From: Hypanus sabinus
Lineage: Eukaryota
NCBI RefSeq assembly: GCF_030144855.1
Contig: NC_082726.1
Location: 15,066,001-15,130,000 of the forward strand
DNA length: 64,000 bases
Reading direction: 5' to 3'
Shown here: one piece after another, positions 61,428 through 64,000 of the stretch
Position numbering within the stretch: position 1 is the stretch's first letter
Layout: every line of letters starts with the position of its first letter
Translations under genes and position numbers: made by a program
The notes under the pieces: generated by a model
Database searches by the model: none
Seen by the model: only the letters and a program-made list of their open reading frames with translations
Told to the model about the DNA's origin: nothing

Positions 61428-62137
61428 TGTAACCCCCTGGGTCGCCTCAGGCTTGCTCAGCTCGTTCTCATCTAGGAGGAGCAGCCTTCGGCCCCGCCAA
61501 ACTGGGTAATCAGCTGGTGTGGATGCTGTGTGATGTCCCCGCCTCGCCCAAAAACAGACAGTACACCATAAGCGATTAAATGAGTACAATTTATAAAGGT
61601 TACTATAACTAAGTGATTAATAACGATACAGTATATATGAAGAGAAAAAATAATGAAAAGGCGCCAAACTTAACAAAGTCCAAACCACTTCGTGCACAAC
61701 CGTTGGAGCTCAATTACTGAAGTCTTCTGGCCACCATTCGATCCCCTCCGAACTCCTCGACTTGCAGCTCAGGACCCTCCGAGTGGTCAACCAAGCACAT
61801 CTAGCTTCATCCCCCCCTCCTCGGAGTACCTCCTGGCCTCGGACCCCCGCTTAGGGTCCGTTCCTCGCCCAGCTTACAGCATTGCGTCCTCTCTCTCGAC
61901 CCCCTCACGCCGATCTGCCCAAAAGCCCGTCAACAAAAGCTTACAGACTCAGAAGAAAGAACATTAATCCCCATTTGGTTTACAAAGGAATACCATTCTC
62001 ATTATCAGTAAATTTTAACCCATACAAGCTTCCAGCACTCTCTCACAACAAAGGAGCATTCCTGCTAGTTAACAAAATAAAGCCCTTTTGATTACATACA
62101 CAGTAACAAAGAGAAAAAGAAGAAACCCCCCTTTACA
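61428..62137. mobile_element. Solo LTR, copy B
   Basis: TGTAA...TTACA termini; 4 bp TSD TAAG (61424-61427, 62138-62141). Confidence 0.88.
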
Positions 62138-64000
62138 TAAGCAGGCTCTATGGCTTGAGAGAGAGAGAGGTTTAAGATGGGGTAATGGTTATGGGATAAG
62201 TTGCCTTGAGATGGTGAGCTTGAAAGTGCTGATACAGCAGTAAAATTAGAAGGATTTTCCTTGTGAGCTTTTCTGGCAAGACAGGAGATGGTGCTGAGCC
62301 TGCTTGAACTTTTACAATCTTATACTCCCACAGTGCCTTTAGGATTCAGAGTTCCAGAGCTTGCAACTAGCAAAATGAAGGAACAGTGATAAGATTCCCA
62401 CGTCGGTCTGTTTGGGGTGATGGATAGAATACCAACAAGCAGGCAGTATTACTCTAGATGGTGTTGAGCTTTATTGAGTGTTATAAATACGCTCATCTAG
62501 GCAAATAAGTATTCCACCACATTTTTACATGCCTCTATGCGATGGGAGGATTTGGGGAGTAGGTTGTGACCTTCTCTCAGCTGGAAATTCAACCTCCAGC
62601 TTATTCTTGTAGCCATAGTATTGATGTGACTAGGCCAGTTGACCTCATCAGAGATGACTCCAGGATGTTGATGCTGTGGATTCAGTAATAGTAATGTCAT
62701 TGAATATTAAGGACAGGGCATGGGATTCTCTTATTGGAACTGATTGTTGCTCGATACTACTTGGTTGAGCTGATTCATGGTAATTTGTACATATCTGCAT
62801 GTGTCTTGGTTTTGCTGTATTCATGCAGGGATTGTTTCAATTGCTGATAAGTTTCAAATGGATTTGAGCATTGTACAATCAGGAAACCAACATATTTCTG
62901 ACATTAATAGAAACATCATTGACGTATGAGGTTGATTGTGTTCTGGACACTGTCCTGAGAAGTTCTTGTGGTTGTGTTTTAGGGCTGGGATAATTGACCT
63001 CTGTAACCATGGCTTTCTTCCTTTGTCTTGGGATTGACAAAATTCAGTACATATTGACCCCAGTTTAGAGGGGATTAGAAGGGGTTTTATGAACAGTGAG
63101 CCATCTGAAAATGTAATATTTAAAGGAAAGGCAGATTAATAAGGTGAGCTTGGGATACCAGTGGAGGGGTAAGCTATAGCATGGGTGACTTTAATTTTAG
63201 ATTCACAATGCTAGGATCTTTTGGGAAGCTTTGGTTTTGAGTTTGTGGTGGGACATCCTGTATGGCAAATAGAACATAGTTACCAGTCTGGCAATCCAAC
63301 CCAACATGTCAGGGTTTAATGTACATGCTCATGGACTGTTTAGACTCTTCAGTCAGTGAATGAGAGGGGCAGAAAGAAAACTTTTATGCTGAGAATGTGT
63401 GACAGTCACATTAGGTCAGGAATTCAGACTCGCAGGGAGAATGTGTAAACTCCAGATGACATCCAAGATCTGTATCAAGCTTGTGTCAGTGGTATTAAGA
63501 GACAGCATTAACTGCTGTGCCACACACAGTGTTGCCCGAGATCAGTATCCTTGAATCACCATTGACCAGAAGCTCAACTGAACCATATATATAATATTGT
63601 GATACAAGAGCAAGTCAAAAGCTCGCTGTTCAGCACTGAGTAATTTACCTGCCAATTTCTTTTTCTTTTTCCTCAAAGCCTTTCCACCATCTGTAAGCAC
63701 AGGTCAGGAACATGATGAAAAACACTGCTCTTGCCTGGGTGAATACAACACAAAAATCTCCAGCTGAGTGGCAACATCCAGGACAAAGCAGTTATCTTGA
63801 TTTGTGGCCCATCAATGTTCATTCCTTCACCATGGGCACACAGTAGTTGCATCTACAAAATGTTTTGATTATTCACCTAGAATGATTCAATTGCAACCTC
63901 TACTTTGGCACCAAGAAAGGAGAAGGCAGCAGAAGCAGGGGAATGCTACAGCTGACATTCACACAATATATTATACTTAGAAATATACCATACAGTCTAA

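Noticed and set aside
54344-62137. One full-length LTR retrotransposon that captured IDH3A exons
   Set aside because: Each repeat has its own distinct TSD, there is no gag/pol between them, and the exons are in normal gene order.
1-64000. CRISPR array, operon or phage/defence system; remaining short ORFs in the track
   Set aside because: No repeat-spacer structure; the DNA is intron-containing vertebrate sequence. The other ORFs are chance frames or repeat-derived.

Overview
Eukaryotic (vertebrate) genomic DNA. The repeat content (CR1, Rex1/Babar-type, Tx1, Penelope, Tc1, CORE/Deu-type SINEs) points to a cartilaginous fish, probably a ray (inference). Three spliced genes were rebuilt by hand from GT-AG junctions. 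(1) CIB2: first coding exon only, minus strand, 11167-11217; the gene runs off the left edge. (2) LRRC61: complete, 9 coding exons, plus strand, 17791-41020, 756 nt CDS, 251 aa. (3) IDH3A: coding exons 1-6, plus strand, 44768-61196; it continues past the right edge. Introns are filled with decayed retroelements. No prokaryote-style system, CRISPR array, rRNA or tRNA gene is present. Most notable: an intron-rich LRRC61 between CIB2 and IDH3A; small TSD-flanked fold-back Penelope-end insertions carrying minimal hammerhead ribozyme cores; a thrice-repeated fixed-spacing CCAAT + X-box module in the IDH3A promoter; two near-identical solo LTRs bracketing IDH3A exons 5-6; and a duplicated hairpin-forming ~140 bp block in IDH3A intron 2. 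Family names come from recalled consensus sequences, not database searches.
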